The notes beneath the pieces were generated by a model, which did no database searches, was not told where the DNA came from, and was given only the letters and a program-made list of their open reading frames with translations. The position numbers were made by a program, and so were the translations under genes. A stretch of 62,650 nt of DNA, the filler included, from Sphacelaria rigidula (Eukaryota), in NCBI GenBank assembly GCA_964200075.2. It is 11 parts of 11 records of this genome, joined end to end, with 100 filler letters (N's around TTAATTAATTAA, not from the genome) between each part and the next. Parts side by side here need not be neighbours in the genome. Positions count along the whole stretch, not along the records: positions 1 to 5,605 come from CAXNAA020025932.1; positions 5,706 to 11,310 come from CAXNAA020025933.1; 9 more parts are not named here. The stretch is one strand, 5' to 3'. This document shows, in pieces, positions 1 through 10,790 of the stretch. The first letter of the stretch is position 1. Each line of letters starts with the position of its first letter.

Positions 1-16
1 GTGTACTTTTTTCAAG

Positions 17-87
17 TGAATATTGATCTCGATTCAGCAGGTGACCTACTCTCGCGGCCTGACGGTCAAGTCCTCCTGCGGAGTTTG
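17..87 (+). CDS. Ankyrin-repeat protein A, probable upstream exon (gene is 5'-truncated)
   Basis: tttttcaAG acceptor and GTGGGG donor at 88; phase 0 joins exon 350 (QVLLRSL|AQRFLRRGP). No domain evidence in this exon. Confidence 0.45.
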
Positions 88-349
88 GTGGGGGGAATAC
101 TTTCGCTCTGTGTTACTCTTTTGTATCTTCTCTGCAAGAGAGAAATGCGACTTCAGTCCCATTTTAGTGTTGAACCCCGAAATTTAAAATTGGCTGTTAA
201 TAGTAAATCAGCTTGGTCTTCACCCAGGAAAACATATTCGCACAAGCGCACGAGGCAGAAGTGACTCCCGACACAACCGGTACAAAATACGGCATCCTCT
301 CTGTTCCGCCCGTCCAACGCACGCCGCGTGTGGTTGCACCACGCATCAG

Positions 350-523
350 GCACAAAGGTTCCTTCGACGTGGACCAAACATCCTCTACGCGGCTGCTTGC
401 TTGGGTTACTCAGAAGTCGTCCGTGCTTCTATTGAGCAAGGGGTGCCTGTGGACAGCATCAACTGCAATGGAGATTCTACTTTGCTTGTTGCTATCGTTA
501 ATGGGAAAATAAATGTCATGAAG
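350..523 (+). CDS. Ankyrin-repeat protein A, exon missed by the ORF track
   Basis: Translates AQRFLRRGPNILYAAACLGYSEVVRASIEQGVPVDSINCNGDSTLLVAIVNGKINVMK (ankyrin pattern). Donor aag|GTAGGA is phase 0 and joins VLLYLGAD at 1561. The acceptor could alternatively be at 227. Confidence 0.75.
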
Positions 524-1560
524 GTAGGAGGGTTATTGGCTTACTGCAGGTGGTAAAATGTGTAGTAAGAAAGACGGCGCATACTCGAAATGTTGTTATG
601 TGCATTCATGGCATCGTTTGGACTTGGATAGATACCAGTGATATTGTCGAAGATAAAGGAGTCACCCGTATATACCACGATTTTCCCACTTCACGGTGGA
701 TAGCGGTATCGTACTCAAACACCAGTTCAGTTGTTGCTGTCCCTCTGGATGCATGATGAACACCGATTGTTTGGTTGTTTGTGGGGAAAACGTCACTCAA
801 TCTCTTTTCACTTTGTCTTGTATGGTATGTGCATCTACCGAGGGCGAATCTATACGTTGGAGAAAATGCTAGTTTCACGTAAATTTCCCGTGAATATGGG
901 CGAACGCGACACGATCCCTTTCAAGTCCACATATCGTTCGTTTTATTGAAACTGGTGCTTCCGACATTCAGTGAGAGAGAGGGAGATAGATCGCGTGCAA
1001 ACGAGTGATATGGAGTATGGTTTGCCTCCGTTGAGATGTCATATTACCTAATGAGCTATGCAGCCAGCGCTGCGCAAGTGCCTGAGTGGCTCAGTGATCA
1101 TTGTGACGTTATGACAGCTTCCACTAGTGGTGATAGCGTTCACAAACGTAGTGTCGCCGGTTTGTCTCCCCGATGAGAAACATCAGATTGTGCCGGTTAC
1201 TTCGTCAGACCAGAGCACCAACATGGGTTATACTCAGCCAAGTCCTGCTGCAAGCCACTATAGCCCCTCTATAAGCACGATACGGTATCATCCCTATTTC
1301 GAGTATCATGTTTACAAGTGCTCATGTCGCCTCTAGATATGAAAGATTAGGATGCCCCTATTCTCTGGGGCTTCCGCTGACAGTGGGTACGACCGTAGCA
1401 CTCGAGGTGCATGGTACCAGGAAGTGCCTACTACTCGACCCCCAGCGTCTGCGTCTGAGAGGTGTTAAGCATGCGGTTAGTATCTATCTCAAATCCCATC
1501 ACTCACCGCCAGCGAATCGTTCCTCGCGTCGTTCATTAACCCCATGTTTGCTGGGGCAAG

Positions 1561-1777
1561 GTGTTGCTGTATCTGGGGGCCGATGCCTCTTTTATCTCCA
1601 AGTACACGGGCATGTCTGCGCTTCATGTAGCGGTGGAGCACTCAAGGCCCGTCGCGGCGAACATATTATTGAACGAATGCGGTGTCTCCGCTTCTGTGAG
1701 AGAGAAAAACGGGATGACTGCTCTTGACCTTGCCGCTGCCTCGGGTCGCGGTGACATGATCAAAGTTCTTCTGGAAG
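1561..1777 (+). CDS. Ankyrin-repeat protein A exon
   Basis: GMSALHVAVEH and NGMTALDLAAASGRGDMIKVLLE ankyrin repeats; AG acceptor 1559-1560; donor GTGAGT at 1778 (phase 1). Confidence 0.85.
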
Positions 1778-2065
1778 GTGAGTCATTCCTCAATTCTATT
1801 CCTTTGCCTGGTAATGATTATTTCATTGTGAACTTCAGTGTGCAATGTCGAGGTGGGCGGGAAGGGAGGGAGGAGGCATGCCCGCTGGGGAGGTACTAGT
1901 CGGTAGATATGGGAAAGTGCGGTTAATAAGAACTCGGAGCTTGCACATTTGCTGACGAGTGTATGCTATACCGACACTCACAATGAATCGCATTGCATGT
2001 AGGTATACTTCCAAAGCCTTCGTCGAGTTCACTTTCTCGTTTGTGCCCGTACGTCGCTGTCGTAG

Positions 2066-2370
2066 GTGGTGTTCCTGTGGAGCCTCAAAACTTCGAAAAA
2101 TCTGTGACGCCTTTGCATTACGCGGCCCGGTCTGGTCAGGCAGACTGCGTGAGGCTGCTATTGACAGCGAAGGCAACAGCTGGACACTGCTGGAATGAAA
2201 GTGGGCGTGTGACTCCTCTTTACCTGGCAGCTTCAGAGGGCCATAGCTGCGTCATCGAAGCACTGGCCCCACAGCTTTGCCCAAGACAGATCAATATGCA
2301 ACAAATTACAAGCAAACACACGCCTCTAACGGTAGCAGTTGCTGGGCGTCACTGCAAAGCAGTCCAAGCG
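2066..2370 (+). CDS. Ankyrin-repeat protein A exon
   Basis: TPLHYAARSG, TPLYLAASEGH and TPLTVAVAGRH motifs; phase-1 acceptor cgtAG; donor GTGAGG at 2371 (phase 0). Confidence 0.88.
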
Positions 2371-2646
2371 GTGAGGAGGGCACTCGTTTAGTAGGAGCGA
2401 TGGTACCCGGCTTTGTTGACGCCAGAATCAACGTCGTTCTAGGGTGCAGTTCACGCTAGGACGTCAAAATGCTGATACGGAGAACAGGATGCCGAATGTA
2501 GTTGTAGTTTGTTGAAGAGCTCGCTGGTGCGATTCGTTTAGGCTTGTGTAGCAGGTTGGTCACTTCCCGACAGCCTCGAATGCTCTTTTTTTCATTACGA
2601 ACTCATCGTGCGCCCGCATGCGCCCACTTGTGTGCACTGAATGCAG

Positions 2647-3017
2647 CTGCTCGCTGCAGGATCGGATCCTCACATGCGTGGAGCCAACAGCCACTTGCCC
2701 CTGACCCTGGCGGCGCTCAATCGTTCCAACCCGGAGTCGACATCTATCGTTAGAGCTTTGCTGGAGGCAGGGGCTAACCCAAATGCGTACAGCCTGGGAG
2801 GTGTTCAGATCATACACGACGCTTGCCGCGCGGGGGGTGATGGTCTGACGGTAAAACTGTTGCTTCAGGCTGGCGCCGGACTGAACGCTCCTTGCCCAGG
2901 GGAAGCTTTCCTGACCCCGCTACATATAGCCGCGCGCTTCAACTACGCGGCGGCTGTGAATTTATTGGTGAACAGGGACAATTGCAGAATAAACTCGCAA
3001 GCTGCGGCACCCACCAG
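2647..3017 (+). CDS. Ankyrin-repeat protein A exon
   Basis: LLAAGSDP, ALLEAGANPN and TPLHIAARFN motifs; phase-0 acceptor tgcAG; donor ag|GTTCGT at 3018 (phase 2). Confidence 0.85.
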
Positions 3018-3677
3018 GTTCGTGCAGCGATGTACTCGAGTGGAATCAATCAACACCCCACGGGAAGGCCTGTGGGACACGGGTTGGGTGGATGCGCTCG
3101 CCACACTGTCGCCTCGTGAAGACCATACGTCCAGCTTTGACGTAATCTTGGACTAACGTATCGGCACAGCAAATAAGCAACAATCCTCCCGCGCTGTCGT
3201 CGCGGTCACCCCGGTTGAGAGAGCGAGTTTGGCCGCATGGTATAGAGATGTGGCGTGTGGTCGAGGGTCCTGCATTTTGAGACGTTTTTAGCTAGGTTCA
3301 TGTAAATAATGTCATCTGTTGTTCTCAAGAGATACTTGGTAGCTAAAACTGTGTCCCCAGCTCCGCCAGATGGGAGATGTTGAAAATAAAATGAATGAAG
3401 TGTGTGCCATGTGTCTGCTGACCGACCTGTGCTAAAATCGACTTTGACCAGCGGCATTCCAGCGGCCTAGGTGCTCGAAGACCATCGGATGGACTATACC
3501 CACTGCCGCTCTCTCGCGAAACACGACGATATCTTATGGCGTCTACAAAGCAGTATGTTTTATGAGGCAGACTCTGAATCAAGTATTGCTGATCTTTCCG
3601 ACACCCGCAACAATCGAATTTTCCCTGTTTTCCTAGCTCACCGAAGCACGGACGAACGATGTTCCTCGTGTATGCAG

Positions 3678-3906
3678 GGCAACACCACTTGGCATGGCCG
3701 TAGAAGGAGGGTGCGTCGATGCCGTCAAATCTTTGCTGGAAGCCGGAGCAGACTCTGGAGCTGTTCCTCGGAATGCCCTTGGGCAGAAGTTCAGGGGCTC
3801 CCTGTTCGAACTGGCCGTTGCCAAATGTTACCCCCGAGTGGCCTGTCTGTTGTCCGACCATCACCACAAAGAACGTGGCAAAGTAGCTTGGGGAAACAGC
3901 TGCTAG
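3678..3906 (+). CDS. Ankyrin-repeat protein A, probable last exon
   Basis: Phase-2 acceptor tatgcAG restores R-ATPLGMAVEGGCVDAVKSLLEAGAD; stop TAG at 3904-3906. Confidence 0.8.
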
Positions 3907-5273
3907 CCTACACCGTGGTACATGAACCTGCCTCCGTGGCGAGCGCACCACCGAATCCTTGCTATGGCACGAAAGACCCCGAAAAAGTTGCCGGAGGCTA
4001 TCCGCAACCTCGCACCAGTGCATTGTAGTGGACATTGGCTAGGGTACATGGGGTCCGCACTGTGCTAGGAGTGGCTGTGAACAACCGTGCGGATAGGAGA
4101 ATGGTGATGTAGCCGCCGTAATGAGTGGATTTTGTATTTTCTCTTGTCCCTCTGACCCGGTGCCCGATGACTTGTGATGATTATCCGCACTCATCGGGAG
4201 CTACGTGATTTGACTGTCATTGCTCCTTCTTGGAAACGCCAAGGTATATTTGAAGTTGGTTGCGTATTTTCGTGTGCCTTAGGAACCGCAGTCTCGTTTC
4301 AAAAAAGGGAGGGTGAGACCACAAATGAAAACAAGACGAACTCAGCAAGAAAAATGAACATCATTAGTGATATACTCGAAACGTGGATGGTGCACATGGT
4401 GCGTGACATGCGATAGTAGGGCACGCACCCTTTTGCCCTGTACGTTCTACGATACCTGTCGATTGATTTGTCGGGGTATGAGCGTTTGGGGATAGCGGAC
4501 ATTTGTCGGGGTGTACATAGAGGGCTCATGAAGGACAAGGAGAGTGGAGAAAAGATATGCTTGAACATTGACACGAACTGTAGCAAAGTACGGCACGATG
4601 GGGTAGAACAGAAAGGGCATGTATGTACCACACAAAAATGCGCACAGTCCGAAAGCCGTAGCGCGAATTTCCTTTCTTACAAAGTGGGTCTACGTAGCTG
4701 CAGATCAAGTAGCGGGGGAAGGAGAGGCCCGACTACTATCGAAACTCGGAATGATGGGTGAAAAATGTATGGTGTCCCAACGTCCTTGATGGTACAACTA
4801 CGGTACATGCGCCTCTTGAGTCTCGGGTGATCTCCGGCTAAATTTTCGTCCTGGTTGGGCTTATCCCTTCAGTGTCAGAATACATACACGTGATAAAATC
4901 GATCCCGCTTGTAACACCTGAGCTTGTACTCCCGTCTCAGGTCCCGTCACATTGCACTCCGGGTATATCATTGACTCCGGGCTCACTTGAACGGTAATCC
5001 CACAGCGGGAGCAACACAAGAGTGGCAGCGATTATACACGGAAGAAAATGAATACTGTCACGCAAGCCATGTACGCCATGACGGTGCTGTAATAGGAAAG
5101 AAAATGAAGTTTTCTCTTGTATGTACCGTGTACAGAACGCCCAAGGTATCAACAATGGTACTAGTAGGTGGCCTTGCAATGTTACCTCTCCCGTTGTCTT
5201 GTTTTCGCCAGTGACCTATTCGAACCTCGCAATATTCGTCATTCACTCGCGTATAGCATAGCCGCCAAATAAG

Positions 5274-5377
5274 TATGATGCTACGGTAGAGGTGCACAAA
5301 TATTTTCTGTGATAATTGTTGGGAGTCCTTTATGTTATCCAAAAACACGACTTATGAAATATGTGAAAGTACGCCAG
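5274..5377 (+). repeat. Dispersed repeat shared with the end of scaffold 3 (about 16912-17015)
   Basis: gatgctacggtagaggtgcacaaatattttctg...agtacgcc aligns with gatgctacggtaggggtacacaaatattttctg...agtacgcc. Confidence 0.75.
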
Positions 5378-5605
5378 GATTGTTATTTCAGCGTGCTAGG
5401 GATATCTCGAAAGAATTTGCAAACGGGGATGCCCTGATCCATGTTCTTGTTCATCTCGAGTCGTTAGGAGCACCTGAACCGGACAGGATTTTGCGCGAAA
5501 ATTTCACCCCTACCGTAGCATTGCTAATAAGAGCGACATGTAGCCAAAATACACCAAGGCGTAGTAGATGTAGCATGTGTAGGATTCTGGATGATGACCA
5601 GGGGA

Positions 5606-5705
5606 NNNNNNNNNNNNNNNNNNNNNNNNNNNNNNNNNNNNNNNNNNNNTTAATTAATTAANNNNNNNNNNNNNNNNNNNNNNNNNNNNNNNNNNNNNNN
5701 NNNNN
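5606..5705. other. Artificial scaffold-joining linker (first of ten)
   Basis: N44-TTAATTAATTAA-N44, with stops in all six frames. Identical linkers at 11311-11410, 17016-17115, 22721-22820, 28426-28525, 34131-34230, 39835-39934, 45539-45638, 51243-51342 and 56947-57046. Pieces between linkers are 5605 or 5604 bp in descending order. Confidence 0.98.
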
Positions 5706-6839
5706 GTGTCAAGAGAGGTGTGAGCCTCCCCATCCGCCACCGAACAGACGGAGGAGCTGTCGTTGTCATCGGCCGTGCCCGTAGCCATCACCGCGTCTTC
5801 TTTCTTTTCTGTTGATCTCGGGCAGTCCCAGAACGTGTGCCCCTGCTGCACCTCCCGCAGTATCTCTTCGGGCAGTTCCTGGCCCGATGCGTCGTGTTCT
5901 CGTCGCAAACGTGGCAGCGGAGCAGCTGCCCAGTCGCTGGTTTGCCGTCCGACGATGCCGACCCAGAGCTACTCGAACTCTGGCTCCCGCCGTTTTTCTG
6001 GCCAGAGCCCTGGGATTCTCCCGGTTTCCCCTTGCGGTGAGCACCGCTCGGTCTTCCGGTCCCACCCCCGGCAAGAAGGGCCTGGTCACCCGGGGATGAC
6101 TTCTTTCCCCGGGCAAGTTCCTGTTTCAAAGATGTTGATTCGAAACGCTTCCCAATCGAAGTCAACACAACCTCCCGTGTTAGCGGTCCCTCTCGATCCT
6201 CGGGCAATTGCTTCTGGATGTGATACTCGAAAGGCAACGCGTTGAGGAATTTCAGGAGAACATGATTTTCGCTTAGTCGTTCATGCTCCTCGTACGAGTT
6301 TAGGTTGCGTGTAAGTTCCTCCATCTCCAGAAACTTCTGCTCTGGATCATCACGAACACCGATCTTGATTCCATCAAACTTTTCCAACAAAGCGGTTCTC
6401 GCCCCATTTGTTTTGGGGCGAAAGACATCCTCGAGTTTTCTCCGAACCGCAGCAGGTGAGTGGGTTCTAAGCAAATATTTTTCTCCCTCCTTCCTTCTAA
6501 ACTAGCTACGAGCATTCGTCTGTCCCTCACGTTGGCTGCCACTGTGTCCTTCCCATGTCTGCTCTCTAGATACCCCATCGCTATCTCAGGATTACCGACA
6601 TCTACATCGTAAGAACTATTGCCGGCCATGGTGAACGCCCAGTCAATTCCTTCGCCCCTTGCGAAGTTGACCATTTCGTGCCTGTACCGAGCATAATCAG
6701 CGCTCTTCCCTGAAACTTTTGGGACGTTCTGTCGAAAAGCGGGAACCCGTGACACATTTCCACTTGTATCGTTAAGTTGGAGTGACTCATGTGCGGGGAC
6801 AAAGCCCCTGGCTTCGTCACTGGTGGCCTCGTTGTCCAT
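5706..6839 (-). pseudogene. Ty1/copia LTR-retrotransposon gag, frameshifted and truncated by the scaffold start
   Basis: ORF 6300-6839 shifts near 6475 into ORF 5788-6474. That frame has a copia gag-like segment (LLKFLNALPFEY) and zinc knuckle CHVCDENTTHRARNC. A second knuckle, CGRC...GHTFWDC, is split by a frameshift near 5845. Confidence 0.8.
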
Positions 6840-7012
6840 GTCGTCGCGCGCTCCGTCTTCTGGAACAGCTTGGCTCCCGATGTACCGTCGCTCCCGTCGA
6901 ACTCCAGCGTGTTGGTGTGAACAGCCTTTTCAGTGTAGTCTGCAGTACTGACAAACCACGGTACAAAGGTATCTATCTTTACTCGACAGTGTCAGTTATA
7001 TGCGGTGGGATT

Positions 7013-7020
7013 TGATACCA
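7013..7020 (-). promoter_or_regulatory. Candidate primer-binding site of the copia element
   Basis: Minus strand reads TGGTATCA, the start of the tRNA-iMet PBS consensus, between the putative LTR and gag. The match does not extend beyond 8 nt. Confidence 0.5.
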
Positions 7021-7189
7021 TAGTAGGCGTATATCTTGTACTTACGTACGAAATGTCTGGTTGGGAAGTTCTACCTGTCATGGTGTTGGTAGCCACACTC
7101 AGTCACTTCCTTCTCTTCATTCTCTTCCTTCTTTTTCCTTCCTTAGCTTGCTTAGTCAAGCTATATAATACTACTCGTCTACACCAACA
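7021..7189 (-). mobile_element. Putative 5' LTR of the copia element
   Basis: Minus strand starts TGTTGG at 7189, contains TATTATATAG and ends next to the PBS. The 3' CA terminus is degenerate and no partner LTR is in the scaffold. Confidence 0.5.
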
Positions 7190-7730
7190 TGATCGGCTCA
7201 GCCGTGTCGTTTGATCGACTTCATCAGTCGTGTCCAGCTGTCCCTGTTTATGGATCATGTGTCAAGCAACACAGCGCCACGCCGTTCCGCTGTCCTATTT
7301 ATGTTGAATTCCCCCCGTTCACTGCGGGAACCGTCACTATCGAGGGCGCCGTTGTTTTCTGCACCCCCGGCCTCTCTTACTGTCCTCATGTTAGCCAAGT
7401 TACTCTGTAATGTAGCTTGGCTTAGCTGCATATCACGGATGAGCTGAGCCAAGGAACTCATCTGACTACGTAAATCTCGCAAATCCTCTGTAACACCCTG
7501 CTCATCGAAAACTGTAGCAGGCATATCACCCTCTTGTGCCATTCTGCCCAATCGGTTGTAACACAAGTGTATTCCGTGGCCCGTGGCGAAGGATAGATAG
7601 TTCTAGCTTTTGTATTATTGGAGAGTGCCTAGACTGAGTTGACCCTATCACTGAGGGATCAGATGCTGAGAGAGAGAGTGAGCGCTCATGGCAGCTCGGT
7701 AGCTGCCATGAGCGGGATACTGTAGTCACA
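7190..7730 (-). mobile_element. Second LTR element (LTR 7557-7730 plus gag-like N-terminus from ATG 7542), interrupted by the copia element
   Basis: 174-bp segment bounded by TGTGAC...GTTACA. It is followed after 14 nt by a coiled-coil-like ORF (EDLRDLRSQMSSLAQLIRDMQL) that stops shortly before the copia LTR. Confidence 0.5.
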
Positions 7731-8109
7731 CACACACTCGACTACCAGTACCCGCACATCCGCATCATTATATCCGCACGTGTGCATGTTCACTCAATGT
7801 ACCTGTTCACATGAACAGAGTATTCACAATACAGGCCGTGGATTTTGCGAACAGTACATTACAAGTATAGGGTATGCTTCGCAAACACGACACAGCTGTA
7901 GCCTGTACTTGTTATCTTGTACTACTCCATTTTCGAGTACAGGCTCTACTCTGCCAGGTTACAAGCACGGGCTGTACTCGCGAGCACAGTAGGTAGCTGT
8001 GCTTTGCCAATACAGTACAGTACTATACCGTCTTCACTGTAGGGTTCGAGGTCACATTCAGATGCACGTCCATGGCAGTGGATGGAGATGCAGAGGATAT
8101 GACTACTGA

Positions 8110-8217
8110 CTACTGCCTGCACTGCGGTACTACACGTGAAGGCTTCACTTTGTTTACTGTGTGTGTGTTACTGCTGTGTACTGCCTGCACTCCGGTACTA
8201 CGCGTGAAGGCTTCACC
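8110..8217 (+). repeat. Two ~40-bp direct repeats
   Basis: tactgcctgcact(g/c)cggtactac(a/g)cgtgaaggcttcac occurs twice. Confidence 0.8.
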
Positions 8218-10179
8218 TTATTTGAAAACATCCGTGACGGGCAGCTGATGAAAAAAATGTGGCCCCGTAGGTGGATATACTTTTTGCGCATTTATTCAAG
8301 TCTGGGAGTGGTGGGTGTTGAGGTGATTTTGTTCCTCTGAAAAGCTCGCTCCACATCAGCAGATGGACAATCTTGTTGCACTAGCGAGTGTCCTCCCTCT
8401 GTCTGTACCAGTCGGGAAGCACACGCTCCGAGCTGCCACCCCACGTTTACCGTCATTGCGAAGATAATAAGACAAGAGCACGAACAGCAGCTGTTGTGGC
8501 CGCTACACACCAACGGAAGTACAGTGACTTACGAGTGATAGCCACCGTGCTGGACAGCGCTGACACACACACGAATCGGCACCGGCTGATTTAGACCCAC
8601 CCCCAGCCGCGTACATCTACTGGCAGTAAAGATGCTGCTGATTTTGCTGCTGTTGCTTCTTCTCCTTTTCGTACGGAATGCGATTAGAACGGCGCGTGAT
8701 TTCTCGTGATGCTGCAGAACATCTGTGTTGTTTTCTGTTGAGTGTAGTACTCCGCCACCTCTCTCAACGTGCAGATCTGGGTTACAAGTTTTTGCAGTTG
8801 AATACAGTCCGTCGCGAGCGACCAGAAAACACGGCATAACTGCCTTGTCTGGTGTTGAGAGTAGTACTCTGCAGTTCATACACCACTGCAGAGTTGTCTG
8901 GTTCTGAGTGTACCACCCTGTAGTCAAGATAATGGGGTTATATTTTGAGCAGGTTCTGCCGGTTTTTTGAGAGGTTCTGCTGGTTTTTGAAAAGTATTCC
9001 GAAAACAACGAGAGTGTTTTCTGTCAAAGAAATCTATAGTCGAATCTGGAATAGCCTGAGACAACAACCAATTTGAAAATTAGAATATATTACATTTCAT
9101 ATACTATATATCATGTATTATGTTTCATATAATATATTTCATATATTATGTACCATATAATATAGGTCAACACTATGAGTCTATATTACATATATGCTTC
9201 TCCTCCTTAGTATTTACTATATTGTATATTATATACGATATATTAATATATCATAGAATTGTATATATATTGATATTATATATGCTATATGTACATGTAT
9301 GATTTCGCATTTTTCACCACTGTTGCTGAGTGTTCTCTGGCTGCAAGGCATCTTAGCCCGCGCTGTCTTTTGCAGTGCACGAAGGAGGGTCAGCGGTACA
9401 TTACAGGTCAGGTTTGGTTGTCATCTGATACCTGTGGCGCGTGTTCTTGCCATCGAAAGTCGCCCACACTGGCTCTATTTTGCGGGGTGTCGATCCCGAA
9501 CCACAAAAGCCTTTCCAAGATCGTCGAAAACTTCAAACAAGACCCACAAAAGCCCGCTCATGGCGGGGTATTTCTTCACCGTGATTTTCTTCGCGTTCTC
9601 GATGATCTGAGAACACGAAGACAGTGGTTATGCAGCGAATGTCACGAGAACATGAGAGCAAAACAGTTGAAAACAGCTGGACATTGCCTTGACTTGGTCA
9701 GCAGCAAACACAAGTCGAATGATCTGAGATCCCTTATCATTTATTTTTGACGTGAAGCCTCCAACACGGTCAGATCTGCAAAACTTGTGCCCCACTTATG
9801 CGAACGTAACAATCCACAAAACAGCATCGTAAAGAACACTGGAGAATGTATAGATTGGTATTAGAGGAAGGGGTCACAGTCACAGCTGCAGCAGGGGAAG
9901 TCGCTGATGGCCCGGCGTGCATTGATACGATGGATACCCACGATGCTTGGCATTTTGTTATATCAACACCCTGCTGTCTGATGACGGCTAGATAGAGTGG
10001 GTAGAGTGATAGTTGATCACGTAAGCTGCGATGGATCCCGCCGGCCTCATCATCAATCTTCGCCCAGTTATAGACGAACGCTCGAAGAAACCCAGCAAAT
10101 AAACATCGTTCATGGCCCGCTATATAGGTCTATGTGAGGGTTGGGAGCTGAACATTTCCCCCTCAAAAATGTCGACAGT

Positions 10180-10790
10180 CGAAGATTGAGCTCCTGTCGC
10201 GCGACCAGTGGGTAGTGCTGTGGACCCTTGCCGGTGTACCTGGCACTGGGGGCGACATCCCGGTAGAGACAGTCCCAACACTACCGGGACGGCCGTGCAC
10301 AGGCCGGCAGCCGGAATGGCCGTTGCACTAGTGTTCTTCTAGCGTTAACAACTTAGAGTACGGCCGCACAGGCTTCGCACGCCAATATTTCGGTGATTGC
10401 CTCACTTCCACTTCGGCCATGTGTTGTTGAATATTTGATTTTTTCACGATCTCACCGCCTGATGTGTATGGAAATGTGTTACACCCTAGGCAAAAGCATT
10501 CTACGCTCAGTATACAATTTAAAAACATGGGCTGTGCACAGTATAGAAGCTATTGCCTTCTGCGAGGTGCACAATACTCGTACGAAAGTGGGAACTGCGC
10601 GCAGTATGACTTCAAGACAGTGCAGAATTCTCCACGCGGTATGAATTGTTGCAGCTGGCTTGCGCGCCATACCGGCTGTCTTACCATCCGCTCAAGATAC
10701 AGGCAGGAATAATAGCGGCAGAGGCGGCCTATTACTCTTGTGCGTGCCACCTAGGGCAAGTGCACACTTAGCTGCAACACCGACCGCTGT
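10180..10790 (+). repeat. Dispersed repeat homologous to about 58220-58875
   Basis: Collinear blocks: ggggcRacatccc, tagtgtYcttctagcg, aatatttcggYgattgcctcac, tttcacgatYtcaccg, gatacaggcag, gccacctRgggcaa. Confidence 0.75.

Noticed and set aside
5650..5661. TTAATTAATTAA as a biological repeat or regulatory site
   Set aside because: Always centred in N44 pads at fixed spacing; it is an artificial six-frame stop linker.
9080..9300. AT-rich island as foreign DNA or a replication origin
   Set aside because: Degenerate (TA)-type low-complexity sequence with no defined structure.
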